The notes beneath the pieces are model-generated. The model was not told the origin of the DNA, did not search any database, and saw nothing but the letters and a program-made list of their open reading frames with translations. From contig CM097885.1 in NCBI GenBank assembly GCA_044892525.1, forward strand, positions 16,556,001 to 16,620,000: DNA of 64,000 nucleotides, in the 5' to 3' direction. Below, one piece after another: positions 1-13,777 of the stretch (positions are counted from its first letter, which is position 1; each line of letters starts with the position of its first letter). The position numbers and the translations under genes were made by a program. This DNA is from Schmidtea polychroa. Taxonomy: Eukaryota.

Positions 1-889
1 ACTGTATTGGGGAACTATTATCAAACCACAAAAGATTTCAGGTGAGTGTGATATACAAATTAATTAAGTACATACAAAGTACATACGAATAATTAAGTGC
101 ATTTTATGTAAATATCGGAAACGAAACATTTTCCAAATAGCACCAGATCCATAATGTCGCTCAATAATATTAGAATAATGATAAAACCCACTATATATAT
201 ATACAATTAAATATTATTATTTCCTATATTCCTCCGTTTCACGGGCTTTACTCAAAGTTAATTTTTAATACTCAATGACTATCATATTTAGAAATGTACT
301 TAGAAAACTAACAAATGCAAATAATTGACAATTATTCATAAAATGATTTATATTTTGTTCGCCTTTGATCTGTTTTTTTAATTTGATTTAGTTCAAGTTA
401 AAATGAATAAAGCAACTAGATCGAACCTTACGATTATCAATCAATTGGTTGTGTATTCCAAGTTTTATTGTAAACGTGCTATTCCTTCCGAATGGTTGCA
501 ATAAGCACTCAAGTCATTGTTGTAATATTGAATTATTGGTGTCGTTGTAAATTGTTAATCAATTGCATTAATAAATAAAAGTTTATACTGCCTAGAGTTC
601 GTTATTGTTATTAAACAATGCACACTTTGAAGTCAGATCAATAATTATCAATTTCATATTTCACCGACAGCTCCAACATTAAGTTAGAATTAAATAATAT
701 GATAGCTGTCGCATTTTCAAATGGAACATCTGTAAAAGCTCTAATATTTCTCATAGGTCCTCCTAGGAGGCGTACGTCCAAGGGTCGGAAACACTGATCT
801 AATTATTTATAGAATGTATGTGATGATTTTAAAACTATTAGTTGCATTATATAAATGGTAAAAATGAAATTGTAACAGAATTTACTCAC

Positions 890-3800
890 ATAATTCGGTG
901 AAATTAGATATTTTAAATAAAGGAACAATTGAATCCGGCCTCCGAATTTCCTTTGAAATTGGGTAGCGAGATTTTCTAACTCAATGAAATCTTTTTCGGT
1001 TCTCAGCGGCTTCATTGATCGTAAATACTATTTTTAATTTGTTTTCATAGGCAATTTTTATTATTTATATCTTTATCTTACCCTTTTAATGGTATCATTC
1101 ATATTTGGTAATGGGAGCGAAGGCAACACCGTTTGGTAACTGTAGAGCTTAGGTTCACCACCACTTCGAAAAAATTTCACGAGCATCTAAAATTACATGA
1201 TATTGGATCTTATTTCAAGAAACTTTAAGGAATTGACTAATTATTAAAACGATTTATGTAAGTGAGAAGTTCTCAAGGAAAGTAAGAGAGTAGGTGAAGA
1301 CGACTCCATTGCTAAAATAGCAATATTTTTTATCCGTGTCAGTTTATTATTTTAAAGTATATTGTTATACAATGTGGACCGAGTGTTAATTGTATCCATT
1401 AAATTAGCAATTGGAGACATCTAATTTCTGTCATCTAAGCTTTTGATCTAAATTTCTCCCAGTATTGGATTCATATTTCTTTTTGTAAATCTGAGCTAAT
1501 CTGAGGTGCTTTTCAATTAGTTTTTCAATTTTCATTTTACAGTTCACTTTCGCCAATTTTGATTCTCGTGTTTGGTATTTATTAGCTTTCAAATTTTCTT
1601 ATTCTTGGTAGGTTTTCTGAGCAAATATCCAAGGCTCTATTAAAATAAAATCCTAAATTTCAAATTTTCTTTTCTTCTATGCAATCCATTTTCAAATGTT
1701 GTTTTAATATTCTTTAAATGATCTTCGAATCCTTTCGATCCATTCTTCTCAGAATTTGCGAGGTTTGTAATTTTTTCGAACAATATAATTTTTGTCAAAC
1801 ATCTTGCACTTTGACAAATAAATCGAAACCCAAAAATTGTTTTATTTTTTAAAATGCTAATAATAAATACGCCAGATAATTTCAACATTAATACATCATA
1901 TTAACAAACTGTTCTTACAAAATTAACAATATCAATATGTCAAGGTTAGCCAATCCTTGACATCGTATATTATATAAAAATAACAATAAAAGTTTAATTA
2001 AAAAATATAATACCGTAGATACTCGAGTATAACGCGTAGGACAAAATCCATTTCGGTACATAAAGCTTACAATTTTATATAACGCGACCCACAAGTTTTT
2101 ATCCAATTTTGTGTCACAAAAACCACGCGGTATACTCGAGTATCTACGGTAAGTATAATAACTAATATTATAAAAACTTTTTTTCAATTTTCACCACTGA
2201 TTTCTCTTCAATTGACATTGTATTTATTGAAAAGCTTGACTATGAATCAGTAAATATATCGATGTTTATATCTTTACTGATTCATAGTCAAATTTTTTAA
2301 TAAATACAATATAAATAAATAAAAACTAAAATAAATAATTAAATAAACATTAAGTTAAAGCAAATTATACAATTAATTTATATTTTATTGCCGTGATTTA
2401 CTTTTAATAAGATTGTGATGACTTCGAAAAGTGATATAGGTTGAACTACACTGGAGTCCTTATGACTTACTACATACGACAACATTAACATTTTCTCATT
2501 AAAAAACTCGAAGAAAATGGAATGATTCTAGTAAAAAGAATTCATTCTCAAAATCTGTCTAAAACTTCTCATTTAATATTTTTTGCTACTTTCTAGCATG
2601 TGATGAATAGCATGCACGCTAAAAATTCTTATCGAAATTTATATAAATCTTATATGATTTTGTGGCATAAAATCAGTTAATTGCCAAAATATATAATAAA
2701 ACTCTTTATATTTCACTCTCTTAATTTCACTCAAAACTAAAAATTTAACATATTCTAGATATAATTACGTTATCTCTTTAATCCGAAGTTAATGAATAGA
2801 TAAGAATTTTTATTGAAATAAGAAAATAACACTAGATTTGACATATCAATATTTTTTAGATTAACCCACTTTCCGTGATCGAATCGATCTGAAATTTTGA
2901 TATCATGCAGTGTTCTCGACAAAGAATCTACTTGCCAAATTCCTGCTCAATTCCTACAAAATTTGTGTGGCACATACAAACATACAAACTCAGCGAAGTT
3001 AATATAGAGAGAGTAAAAATATAATAATATTAGGTGGATGCATTCATTTTCGACTTTCGACAAATATAAATATTATTATTCAATGAATTAATCACCGTTT
3101 GAATTCACCACTGTTTTCCAGCTTTCAGGCAGCATACTCATTCCTTTTCTTTGTAGAACTCTTAATCTTACGATTGAAAGAATTTAACTATACACTTTTT
3201 CACTTTTCAAGTTTGGTGAAGTGTGTGCCAGAAAGTGTGTTGGAGACCTCAAGATGTGGTAATCTGATGGAGCCAAGTCCGGTGAATATGACGGGTAAGG
3301 AAGAACTTCCTACCCAAAAAGATAAGTAATCAGCTGAGTAAATCGAATTATAGAATTGTGTCGAAATCGTGCAAAGTACGTAATATTTTTGTTAATAAAT
3401 TTCAAATGCCGGTTGGATTATGTACGGATCTCACACACATACATTGGAGAGACTTACCGTCATCTTTGTACTCGAGTTCAAGAACACTGTAAACTGAAAG
3501 GAGTGTCCAATATTAAGGATCATAATAAAGTCTGTATGAGAGAATTAGGAATGTCGGATTTTAAAATCTTATCAAAAAATTTTGATAATTGTTTTGAGCG
3601 TGTGATATGTGAAGCATTGTTGATCAATGTGCAGAATGCAGTGAATACGTGTGTGTTGAATGTTTTTAATTAAGTTTTTGTATGTTGATGTATATTGAAT
3701 AATAGTTATGTTAAATAATTAAAAAAAATTAAAATAATATTTTTAAAGAATTTTAAAAATGTAAAATTATTGAAAATTATTTTTGAAAATAATTATTTAA

Positions 3801-6800
3801 AATTGTTATTTATAATTTAAAAATTTATAGATTTAATAATTTGTTTATAAATTATCAATATTGTATAGTTATTTATTCCTCGTGAATGTAGGTAACCTGA
3901 TGATGATAGTGATGCTATCGAAATATATAGCGAAAAAGATGTACGAATGGCGATTTTTATTAATGAAGTCTACCGTGTTTATTTAAGTATAATAATAATT
4001 GTTTAGGATATTAAAAATTGTAGTTTAAATGTGACTTTTCACTTATGAATTACTTATAATTTCAAATTAATAGCTCTGATATATAAATATATAATCTATT
4101 AAATTTTAAGATGTTTGAAATTGATAAAAAAAAATTACACCATTTTCAAATTGAATCTACTATAAGTAGTAATGTTTGCGATTAGAAATGGATGTATTAT
4201 TCCAGCGAATCTGACTGCATGCCATTAACGATAGAATGCTCTAGCATCAGGCAGTGTACAAGTTTTATTGCTTATAAGAGATATGATTTAGAAATGGTAT
4301 AAAGAAGAAATGTTTGGTTAAATTTTTTAAATAATGTATAATTGGAAGAAGAAAAATCGATTTTCATATAAATTTAAAATAAAATGTTATCGAGTAAAGG
4401 TTGAGTTGTGTAAATTATGTGCTACATGTTAGACTTATATGTATATATGAAAAGATATTAAATCTTACAAACCAAATACTAGTTTTCCAACTAGTACGTC
4501 CTACTCCATCGTACATCCATCCTTGATAGGCAAACAAACTTTTAAGGCATTTCTTTCTTGTTATACTCAATATAACCCAAATACCGATAGAAAATGTAAA
4601 GGTCGCTATTAAATGATCTCTTGGTGATGGAAGATTAAAGTACCTAAACATAAACTTTATAAATACAAAATCTTTCGCATACAATGAAAATCATTGCAGA
4701 TAAAATGTTAACAGTAAGTTTGAAAATTCTTGATTAACCCCTTAAGTTGTATGGTCGAGTTATAATTTACCACACAAAGGCTTACATATCGGCACCATGA
4801 GGTACTTTTAAATATTATTCTGTATACAACTATGAATTATATATAGAAATAAATAGATAATAGAAATTTTATTACTTAAATCCATTAATAGCGCCAGTAC
4901 TTTACTTTATTCTAGATGGGAGATGTAGTAGATTAAAACAAGTAAGTTAAAAGTTAATTGGCGGTTAATTGCATTTTCGTACTTTCGTAACTGTTTGGAA
5001 AAGAAAAGTATTCGGCCGAATTTTTCATACATTTATTGCTAGTAAACGTGGCTGTAATGAGGTTATGAATATTCCTATAGTTATTTATATTTTACCTCTT
5101 CATCTTTGGTCTGTTTGCATTTAGAATTTCATTGACCTTCGTTATGATACCGCGCAGACGTACCAGGCAAACCATTAAACCTGTTACTGTCCTTCGTGTA
5201 AAAGTAATCGACTACAGCTTGCGCACGGATATACCGTAACTATAAACATCTGATGGAGGAATATGATAAGATATGTAATTAATCAACGATCTGAATAGGT
5301 ATTACATACAAACTACAAATTTGATCCGAAATTGAATGATCAGCAGAAAAATGTCAATAAATAAATAATCAATTTAGAAAATTTGCAGCAATATATGATA
5401 AAGTACTCCTTCAAAAGCGAATACCTACCTGTCAATCTTGTACAGAAAACATTAGGTTTAAAACAAAATTTACACAAACGGGATAATATATAGAAAAATC
5501 TACGATGTTTTTAAAATTGTAAAAATTATGTATTAATCCGCGCAGGACGGGTGCAGGTTAGGTAAAACGCGTGCGGTATTGTCATGAAAATAGAAAATTA
5601 TGAATAACGAAAAACAAAGTCAACTGAAATAAATCAAATTTGAATAGGTAAATATCAACAAAAATTTAAATGACAAAAATTATGTCAGAATGTCATTTTT
5701 TAAGATAAATTTTTTAATCTTGGATCTAAATATTCGTCCAATATGAATTAAATAAATTTTAAATAAACTGATTGTTAATATTACATTTTTAAGTTATAAT
5801 TTTAAAAAATATATTTTTTAATTTGATTATAATATAATTAATTATATAATTAATTTAAATTAAATTTTAGGCAGTGATTTTTCAGATGGAAAATTTCATT
5901 ATAATTTTAGGTTACAATTCATAACTTTAAAGTTTTATGCATGGATTTTTAAAATCATAATTTTAATATTTGTCCAATGAAATTAATTAATTAAATTTTT
6001 CAAAGTAATAATAATTATTAGAGGCTTTATCATTTAATTCTTCAATCATAATTCCAAAATTTTTTCAGTACAAAGTTGTCGTAAAGTAATATTAATCTTT
6101 TAATTATAGTAGATGGATTGGGCACCGCTGGCACAGGGAACCGCTAGCACACCTACCACCCCACCCCCCCCCCGGTTTAACATTTTTTCAAGGTCAAGTT
6201 TTAAACAAAGACATATGACTCATAAAGGTCATTTAAACAAAGACAATGGCTCATCCTATGACTCATCAGGGTCATTTCAAGGTCATGTGGCTCATCCTAG
6301 GTCATTCTCAAGGTCGTGTGGCTCATCCGATGACTCATCTAGTCATATTATTATTTTTCAAAAATATTATTAAGTGTGCTAGCGGTGACCTACTATTTGG
6401 CATGCCAAGGTCATCTGACTATTTTATTACTATTTTTCAAAATATTATTTTTTTTCAAGGTCATATTTTTAAATTTTTAATTTACAGAGTTCCCGCAAAC
6501 GAAGATTATTGAACGATGGCTCATTTTAAAGCCCAATGCAAGACCTTTCGAAAGAGCCATGTATCTTATTATTTTCATTATTATTTCTAAAGATTATTAT
6601 TATTATTTTATTTTAATATATATTTTATCCGACAAGATATTTTGTCCCTCTATGGGTACTGCTCAAATCTCACAAGGGTATTAATAATATTATTATTATT
6701 ATTATTATTACTATTATTATTTTATTCTTTCAAGGTCATATTATTATTTTTCAAAATATTATTTTTTTTTCAAGGTCTAATTAAAAATGCTCTAATTAAA

Positions 6801-7433
6801 TAAGTAAATTAAGTTTAAATTTTAAACTTAATAGTTACATTTTAAATTAATAGTTAAATAAAGTAAAATAAGGCTAAATTTTAAAATTAAGTACAAGATT
6901 TTAAATAAGTAATATTTTTAAATTAAAGCAAGTGTAATTATTTTTAAATAAGTAAATTAAATTTTTAATTTAATTAATCCTAAAGATTAATATTATTTTA
7001 ATCATTGTGGAGATAATGCGGTATTGGATAATTAATTAATTATATACACCTTTTGTTATAATAAATCATATAATACATATACTTATACATATACATATCT
7101 TTGTTTTATCTCTTACTTTTGTAGAAGGTTTTCAATCTGAATTATAATTCCGAAGCTGAGATCATATCCAAACATTGAGGTGGCGAAAACTGTCCCGATC
7201 ACGTACAGGCTGTTGCCAGGCTTACTGGGATAAAGACCACTGTGGAATCTATTCTGAATAAATTAGATTAGAGAAAACAAAACCCTTTATCTATTTACTC
7301 GAATTATATAAATTTTCTTATCCCAACGACTTGAAATCGTGTTAAATATAACTTTTAATGTGTCAAATCCTCGTTTGGATTTTTGAAGATCTGATGGTAC
7401 CAAAACAAGAGTTGCTCTTCTAGCTTCTGCCAT
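890..7433 (-). CDS. cpt1: Carnitine O-palmitoyltransferase 1-like gene, 5' part. Exons 7433-7299, 7253-7117, 4643-4469, 1186-1082, 1027-890; continues beyond the left edge
   Basis: All introns are GT-AG with matching phases. Spliced translation MAEARRATLV...KKIYIIR/NRFHSGLYPSKP...DLSFGII.../...KSLFAYQGWMY...TSIWF/MLVKFF...PKLYSYQTVLPSLPLPNMNDTIKR/YLRSMKPL...IQLFLYLKYLISPNY is colinear with the CPT1 N-terminus (MAEAH, GVYPASP, LLSYHGWM, LYSFQTSLPRLPVP, YLQSVRPL, LQWYLKLK..NY). Confidence 0.92.
2013..2149. mobile_element. pogo/Tigger-like (Tc1/mariner superfamily) MITE
   Basis: TIR CCGTAGATACTCGAGTATA ... TATACTCGAGTATCTACGG, flanked by TA on both sides. Confidence 0.8.
2165..2310. repeat. Repeat family A copy (Penelope pseudo-LTR-like), truncated before the ribozyme, with internal fold-back 2217-2310
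   Basis: Shares tttcaccactgattt...gactatgaatcagtaaatatatcgatg with copies near 20.5, 22.5, 29.4, 52.3 and 57.2 kb. Confidence 0.75.
2701..3014. mobile_element. Non-autonomous dispersed repeat with short inverted termini and a CATACAAA mini-repeat (Helentron-associated or MITE-like); second copy at about 23710-24282
   Basis: Near-identical to 23710-23988 by eye; termini actct.tat / atatagagagagt. Confidence 0.65.
3356..3990 (+). mobile_element. 3' remnant of a Penelope-like retroelement: GIY-YIG endonuclease C-terminal part plus 3' region with hammerhead motif
   Basis: ORF 3356-3673 has YIGETYRHLCTRVQEH...DFKIL...R.I.EALLI, typical of PLE GIY-YIG domains; no RT part remains. Confidence 0.85.
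3896..3930 (+). ncRNA. Minimal type I hammerhead ribozyme motif (PLE-associated)
   Basis: CTGATGA-T-GATAG(TGATG)CTATC-GAA-ATATAT-A: canonical core, 5-bp stem II, palindromic stem III; stem I largely eroded. Confidence 0.7.
6108..6780. repeat. GC-richer insert with an array of AAGGTCA / TGACTCATC motifs; probably the terminus of a large DNA element
   Basis: Repeated tcaaggtca and ggctcatcc units, a poly-C tract and an AGTAG start. Confidence 0.4.
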
Positions 7434-8101
7434 TGGAATATGCTAATGAGATTTCTAATATTGATACTGTTAAATTGAATTTTGCAATTAATCGAATTTA
7501 AACAAAAAGCTCAATTTTAATTTGTACTAAGCTTTAATTTGAGTTTTTATTTTATTAAATAATGTTAATAATGTTAAATTCTATTGCAAAAGGTTTTATT
7601 TTAAATTCCTTGTGTTAATTTTTTCTTTTTTAATTATTATTATTTAATATTTAATATAAAATTTTATTCAATCTTTATTCAATATCAAATAATTGTGATT
7701 TCGAGCTTATTTGGCTTTAAAATGTCTCATTTAGGAAACTCTACCATGATTTGTATAAAAAATTCCACAGACCAAAGTAACCCCTTGACAATATTTTGTG
7801 AAAAAATATATTGTAGTTTTCTGGCGCAGTGGCCTTTTCAGCGAGGGTCGGATTTTGTGTACAAAAATTTAAAGACCTAGAAAATCACTACAGTGTGAAT
7901 TTGAAAAAGTAAAATGTAGCCCCCAGCAGCAATGGAAATTAGCCTGTAGCCTCGTCAGGAAATAAAGAAAAATTTATAGGGGGGTTACACTGGATGGTCG
8001 TGCTGTCGGGGACTACTAATTACCTACTCACAGGGAAGTAAAATTTTATCTGAGTCTAATTCTCCTGATTGGATCAATCCGACACTGCTAATAGTCTAGC
8101 A

Positions 8102-8376
8102 CAGTGATTCTAAACTTTTTTTTGTTGCGGCACACTTTTAACGATTTTAAAATTTTGGGACACACAAAGAAAAAGATAAGTTTAAAAATGATTTACTTAC
8201 CTATAACACACTGCGAAAATAGTTTATGATAAAAATTTTAAATGTTCGAAATAAAATAATATATACTAAAATAATAACAAAACGTTTATTAAGGATTAAT
8301 TACAAGTTAATAATAAGAATACTTTTAATAATATATTATATATCTAAAATTTCGCGACAGTGGTTGAGAATCACTG
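8102..8376. mobile_element. hAT (Charlie-like) MITE
   Basis: TIR CAGTGATTCT / AGAATCACTG; 8-bp TSD GTCTAGCA/GTCTAGAA. Confidence 0.85.
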
Positions 8377-9406
8377 GTCTAGAACGAACTCAGTGTAAAT
8401 CAGCGTGTGTCAGGGGAAGAAAACACAATCTGTGACAATCAGAAATACCAGTGTCCCCAAGCAGCAGCATAGACAGGCACACCAATGTAGTCACTCAAGA
8501 AAGTAGGTATGTAGTTACACCACATGCCTATATGGGTATAAATGCCAAAACAAATAGAATTATTACAGTTATAAAATTCAAGAAGAAATACCGAGCACAT
8601 AACCTAACCAATGCCAGGAGCCGGAACGTAGAAGAGATTTCAAACGCCGTAAGGAAAATTTTATTATAATTTATTTCTTTTGTACGGAGAAGTGGTGTTG
8701 AAATACTGGCATGTTTTGCAAGTTACAGCTAAGATAATATGCCGGTGGCTGCAAACCCACAATAATCCTATCAAATTAATTATGTCCTTGTAGACCAAAT
8801 GATTGATAATAAACATAATTTGGAACTGATCTTTTATTTAATATTGTAGTTCTATAATAAAAAGATTTGACCAACTGGCGAAATAATTCGGTTTTGTGGT
8901 GTTATTAGATTAAAAGGACAAACATACAATAACTCTATTGATCAATTCATCTCCAGCTATAATAATATGTAGTAATGCTCTTAAAATTTTGTTGCTAATT
9001 GAAAAAATGACAGGAGCCCAAATTTTGGACTAACATTTTTCAAAATACACACTTAAGAAGGCACGCTAATGGACCAGTCCAATCAGCAATGTTAAAGACA
9101 GGCTAGTTAGTGTGTCGTTTTTTTCATGCAGGCCTTTTGATAATTTATTTTATTTATATTTTGTTATTTTTTGGTAACATTAAAAAAATGTTACATTACA
9201 ATTTTGCGCCCCTTTCAGATGTGCGCCCTGTGTGGCCGTAACGCTCGTACCACCCTTGTTACGGCCCTGATATCAGGCAGTGAGTGTCAAAAACTAAATA
9301 GTATAATACCAGCAGGTAGCCTTAAATCTATAAGAGATTAAAATGTATGAGAATATTAATAATTAACTCTACAAATGCTGAAATAATAATTTTATAGTCT
9401 ATCCTA

Positions 9407-9649
9407 CAGTGGCGGCTCGTACTCTAAAATTTTGTGAAAGCAATAAAAAAATTCAAAAATAAGATTTCATTTATATAAAAACTCAATTCTTCTTGTCTTT
9501 CTAGAAAATTCTTTTATTACTAAATCATAAAAATTGTCTTTAGTAGCCAAAAGTTCTTTTTAAAAGATATTAAAAATTTAAAATATAGAATTTCTCAAAA
9601 TTGAAGTGAAAGCTTTGCTTGCATTGCTTATATGGACTAGCCGCCACTG
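9407..9649. mobile_element. hAT MITE
   Basis: TIR CAGTGGCGGCT / AGCCGCCACTG; imperfect 8-bp TSD CTATCCTA/CTACTCTA. Confidence 0.8.
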
Positions 9650-12600
9650 CTACTCTAGAAAACATTAGTGTGCGATTGACAATTTTACAGTTATGGGGAG
9701 ATGGGAAACATAGCAAGCATACTTATAAATAGGATTTACAAAACTATAAAAAGTGAAAGCCACTAATAATATAAGGATCTATAATTACCTAAATTACTTC
9801 CAGGTTGGTCTGATTAAGTAAAGAGTAAGAATTGAATACAGCCCTTATCGTTGTTTGGGTCCACTGGAAATAAAGTTTAAATGATATGAATGTATGAATC
9901 AGGAACCCTCTGCATGTGTAAATTTTGACGAATGTTAGAATGTGTACTGTTATTTAACATTAAAATCGTTTTCTGTTTAATTGTGAATGCCGTGTGAGAC
10001 TCGTGCGCTAACTAATCATTTTGGAATTATTCAGGAAGGATGTATGATGTAAAATGAGTGTCGAAACTTGGAGTCGGAGCTATCGTCAAGAAGCCAGAAC
10101 CCATAAATTCAGTCCCAAAGCAACAACGAGCTCTACTCACGAGGAAAGTGTCCTTGTGGATGTGATCAAACTAGAACCAAGCCTCAATCACGCAAGATCT
10201 GCAAGAGGATCTAATCGGTTGCCTCAGCCAAGATCTGTACTATTTCACTTATAATCAGTGGGGCCAGAGCAGGATCTCGTATAATGGACCACTAAGCTAA
10301 GGTTTGAAGCGTTCGGATCACTGTTAAGAGCCAGCGATATCAGTGTGGTAAATCAACTGGATAGTGTTGGAAAATTAAATCAATTTTATAAAAATTAAGA
10401 ATATTTTTAACGTGTATTTTTTTGTATATGAGATTGAAAGAGTACATGTGAGCAGTGAATGACTGAACAATAGGGTCATAAGTACCCATCAATTCGATAC
10501 AGTTCCAACGTTGACTACTCAACGGGTATCGAATGGTAAAGCACGAAAAGGCAAAGTATGGATTACCTGTAACCCACCATTAGTTAAGCTTCAAAGCAGG
10601 GCATCGAATATAGTTAGTATATTATCAATACCAAAAATTAAAATATGTTTTCCAGTTACTGGATATTTAAATGGGAGTAATAAATAAAGATTCACATATA
10701 TCTTAATTTCGTTAAATTTCTATTATTAGATTAAAGATAAATTTAGAAATATTGAAATATTATTCAGGTGATTATTTTTTCACTGTAAAAGGTCTCAACG
10801 GTTTAAATAAACATGAGGAGACAGAGAAATTGACTGTTATTTATATACTTATTGTTGTAGTTGTCCAGATTAGATTAGATAAGGTAAATCCATTGAAACT
10901 GTATTGACAGAATTTCAGAGTTTGTAAAGTGTACGATCAATTAAAGTTACTTATGTTGATTAATTTCTTTGACTAAAAGCACGTCGAGTTAGATTATCGA
11001 ATATCCTACAGAACTATATCAATATTAATTAACTCAATATTATTTATTAATCAAAGCTCCAAAATACCAAAAAATACAATAACTTTCTCTATCTTATGTG
11101 ATCTGATTTCAATTTTCTGGCAGATTAAAACAGTTCTCAAAGTTGAGGTATCTTGGAATTTTCTATGCTCTTTTGTCTTGTTAGAATTCAACTTAATTTT
11201 GACATCAACATTCCATTCTGTCACTTACGTAGATGGTACCATGAACCATTATTAATGATCATGGCTCTCATTTGTCTGATGGACTCTACTACGACAATGT
11301 TATTAGGAATCAATTTTGTAAAGGTTTTCTCGTTTATATTTTATATTTATAATATTTACATTTTTTAAGTTCAAAAGACAAATTTCTTCACAATATTAAA
11401 ATTTTTCATATTTTTAAAACTTACATTTCATGAAACATTTCTTAAAATTTTATTCACACTTTCTATTTTTCTTATTTACTTTGTTGATTGTTTTGATTTG
11501 CTCTGTTTATTTTCAAATCAACTTTCCCAATCTTTCAACTAAGATTCATCTTTATTAGTATTGTTATTTATTATATCATTTTATTCGTATAATTTTAATG
11601 CATCTTTATAATGATCAAACTCGCTATTATTATCTGCGACGATACAATTGTCATTGCGCAATTAAAATTTCTTATTAGTATCTATTTAGTGGGTCAGATG
11701 GAAAAATTTAGATGAGATGTAGCCCGGTACACCACGGAAGCCACCCGACAAACAGAGTATTGACAGGGTTCTGACGTAGTTGGAGCAAGAACTATTTCCC
11801 GCTCCGGCACCTTTAATCATGAGACTTCCAATACCACCTCATACACCCAAGAAACTGCTCAAGCTACGCCCGGGCAAATACGAAATGACAAAGGCTGTGA
11901 AAAACATTAAAACTACAGGATTCGTTTTGTTGAGATATTTAAATGTTTGTCGATGGGACTAAATCTTGATCCGACTCCTCGTGCTCAGTAATCAATGAAA
12001 TAGAACTCAAATCCTAACAAAATATTTATTTTCGAATTGCATTCGTTTTTGTAATACAATTACTTGGTAAATGCCCAATGGGAATCACCTGAAAAAGTAA
12101 GTCAAAACACAATTTGGTTTATCACTCTTTTTTGAATCGCTCTCGTTCACATTCTTTAAATAATTCTGATTAGTTTAATTGTTTTCGCTTTATTTAATTC
12201 TTTTAAGTTATTATAATTTTTCGCTTTTCGACTAACTTGCGCTTTCTGTTTTTTGTTCTCTGATTATGTAGTATTTCACTGGTCATTAATCTTTATCTTA
12301 TCCAACTGAAGAATTCTCTTCCGATTATCCTAATTCCACGTAACCCATTCATCTTTGATTGATAGCTTCCGTTGAAACCTAATTAATTTTTTTGGGTCCT
12401 TGGCCGTTCTATGGATCTATGATCAATTTAAAATTATTTTATTCATCTTCAGAATTTTATTTGTCACCGGTTGATTGAATTTTACTTTTTCCAAATTTTT
12501 AATTAATTTGAATTGATTTCGATAATTTGTGAAATTTTACATTTTTATTTCGTATCTGTTGTATAACTCCAACATATCTCCTCACTTTAATTAGAATTCG

Positions 12601-13777
12601 TCCTCGAATTCTGATTTTGTTAAAAATTGGTTCATTGTCGTTGTGGTTTGGAAAATAAATTTATATTTATCATCAAGTTCATTAAAGAACCACACACATC
12701 CACCTTTGTTCTAAATTTTAATGCTTCTTTGAATAACGAATTTTTAATAAAATTTTAGATCTTTAGATAAAGTCGAGGTTTTAAACTTAATATTCCAAAG
12801 GATAAATGAGTAGCATAAAATAAAACTAAATTATAATCACAAACAAACCATAAGGTGTTCTTTTTCAAATCATAACATCCCTCCCTTTTATTATTTGAAT
12901 TCTATTTACCTTTTGGTGTCAGATAGAAAACCTGTTTGCAAATGAAGTGCGCTTTTTTAATCCATGCCATTTCATCCAAATTAAAAACAATAATAATAAA
13001 AATTAACAATTTTAAATTAAGATTCTACTAAATTTAGCTTAAGTTTCAGATCAAAAGATCACAAAACAATTTATTTAAATTTATAGCTTAACTATTATAG
13101 TTTTTGATTGATATATTGCCGCCAAACAACATTTTAATAGAACTCAAAAAAATAGAAAAAAAATCCCGAGAGACAATTCCCATCATAATTATTAAGATAC
13201 TTAGATTATAATTTATTAATGCATTAATCTTTTTGTTTTAATATATTTTTCTCAGATCTGACATTTATTCGTCGAATCATTTCAATCGTATGATTGGATT
13301 TTTCGATGATTTATTTTTTACTTTTATGGGAATTGAGGCTACTGTGACGACCATTTATATAGTTTTGTTATGCATGCCTTCGACCAATCAGGATTTATCA
13401 TGTGTGTTTATCGTATTTTATTTTCATTTTTTGATCTTAAATTCCGATCATTTTGATTGGTGTATTTCTTTATTTTGTTTTAATTTTAATTATTTCTTTT
13501 CTTTTTATTCCTGGTTGATCGGATGTACACACCAGTCTTATATTATGGATAAACTAGTATTTTTGCTAATTTTTATCTTTATTCGGTGATTTATGTTATT
13601 TTTATGCCTTTAAAATGTGTTCCAAGTGCAGCTGCTTGCATTTTATATTTTTATTATTTTTTTTTATTTGCAGAGTAAGAATTTTAACTTTACAAATATT
13701 ATAACCAACCAGATAACCCAACATAATTAAAACAACAAAAGAATTAAAGAAGGAAGATCGTTTCAATGTTATGACTT

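Noticed and set aside
740..800. Possible cpt1 exon 6 after an AG near position 799
   Set aside because: Translation (ISVSDPWTYAS*) stops quickly and lacks the expected SDWWEEY.YL motif; it looks more like a hAT-type end
5100..5250. GC-richer open stretch in cpt1 intron 2 as an alternative exon
   Set aside because: The cpt1 exons join in frame without it and it shows no recognisable homology
11100..12750. Possible LINE ORF1/ORF2 remnants on the minus strand
   Set aside because: Too degenerate to support by eye
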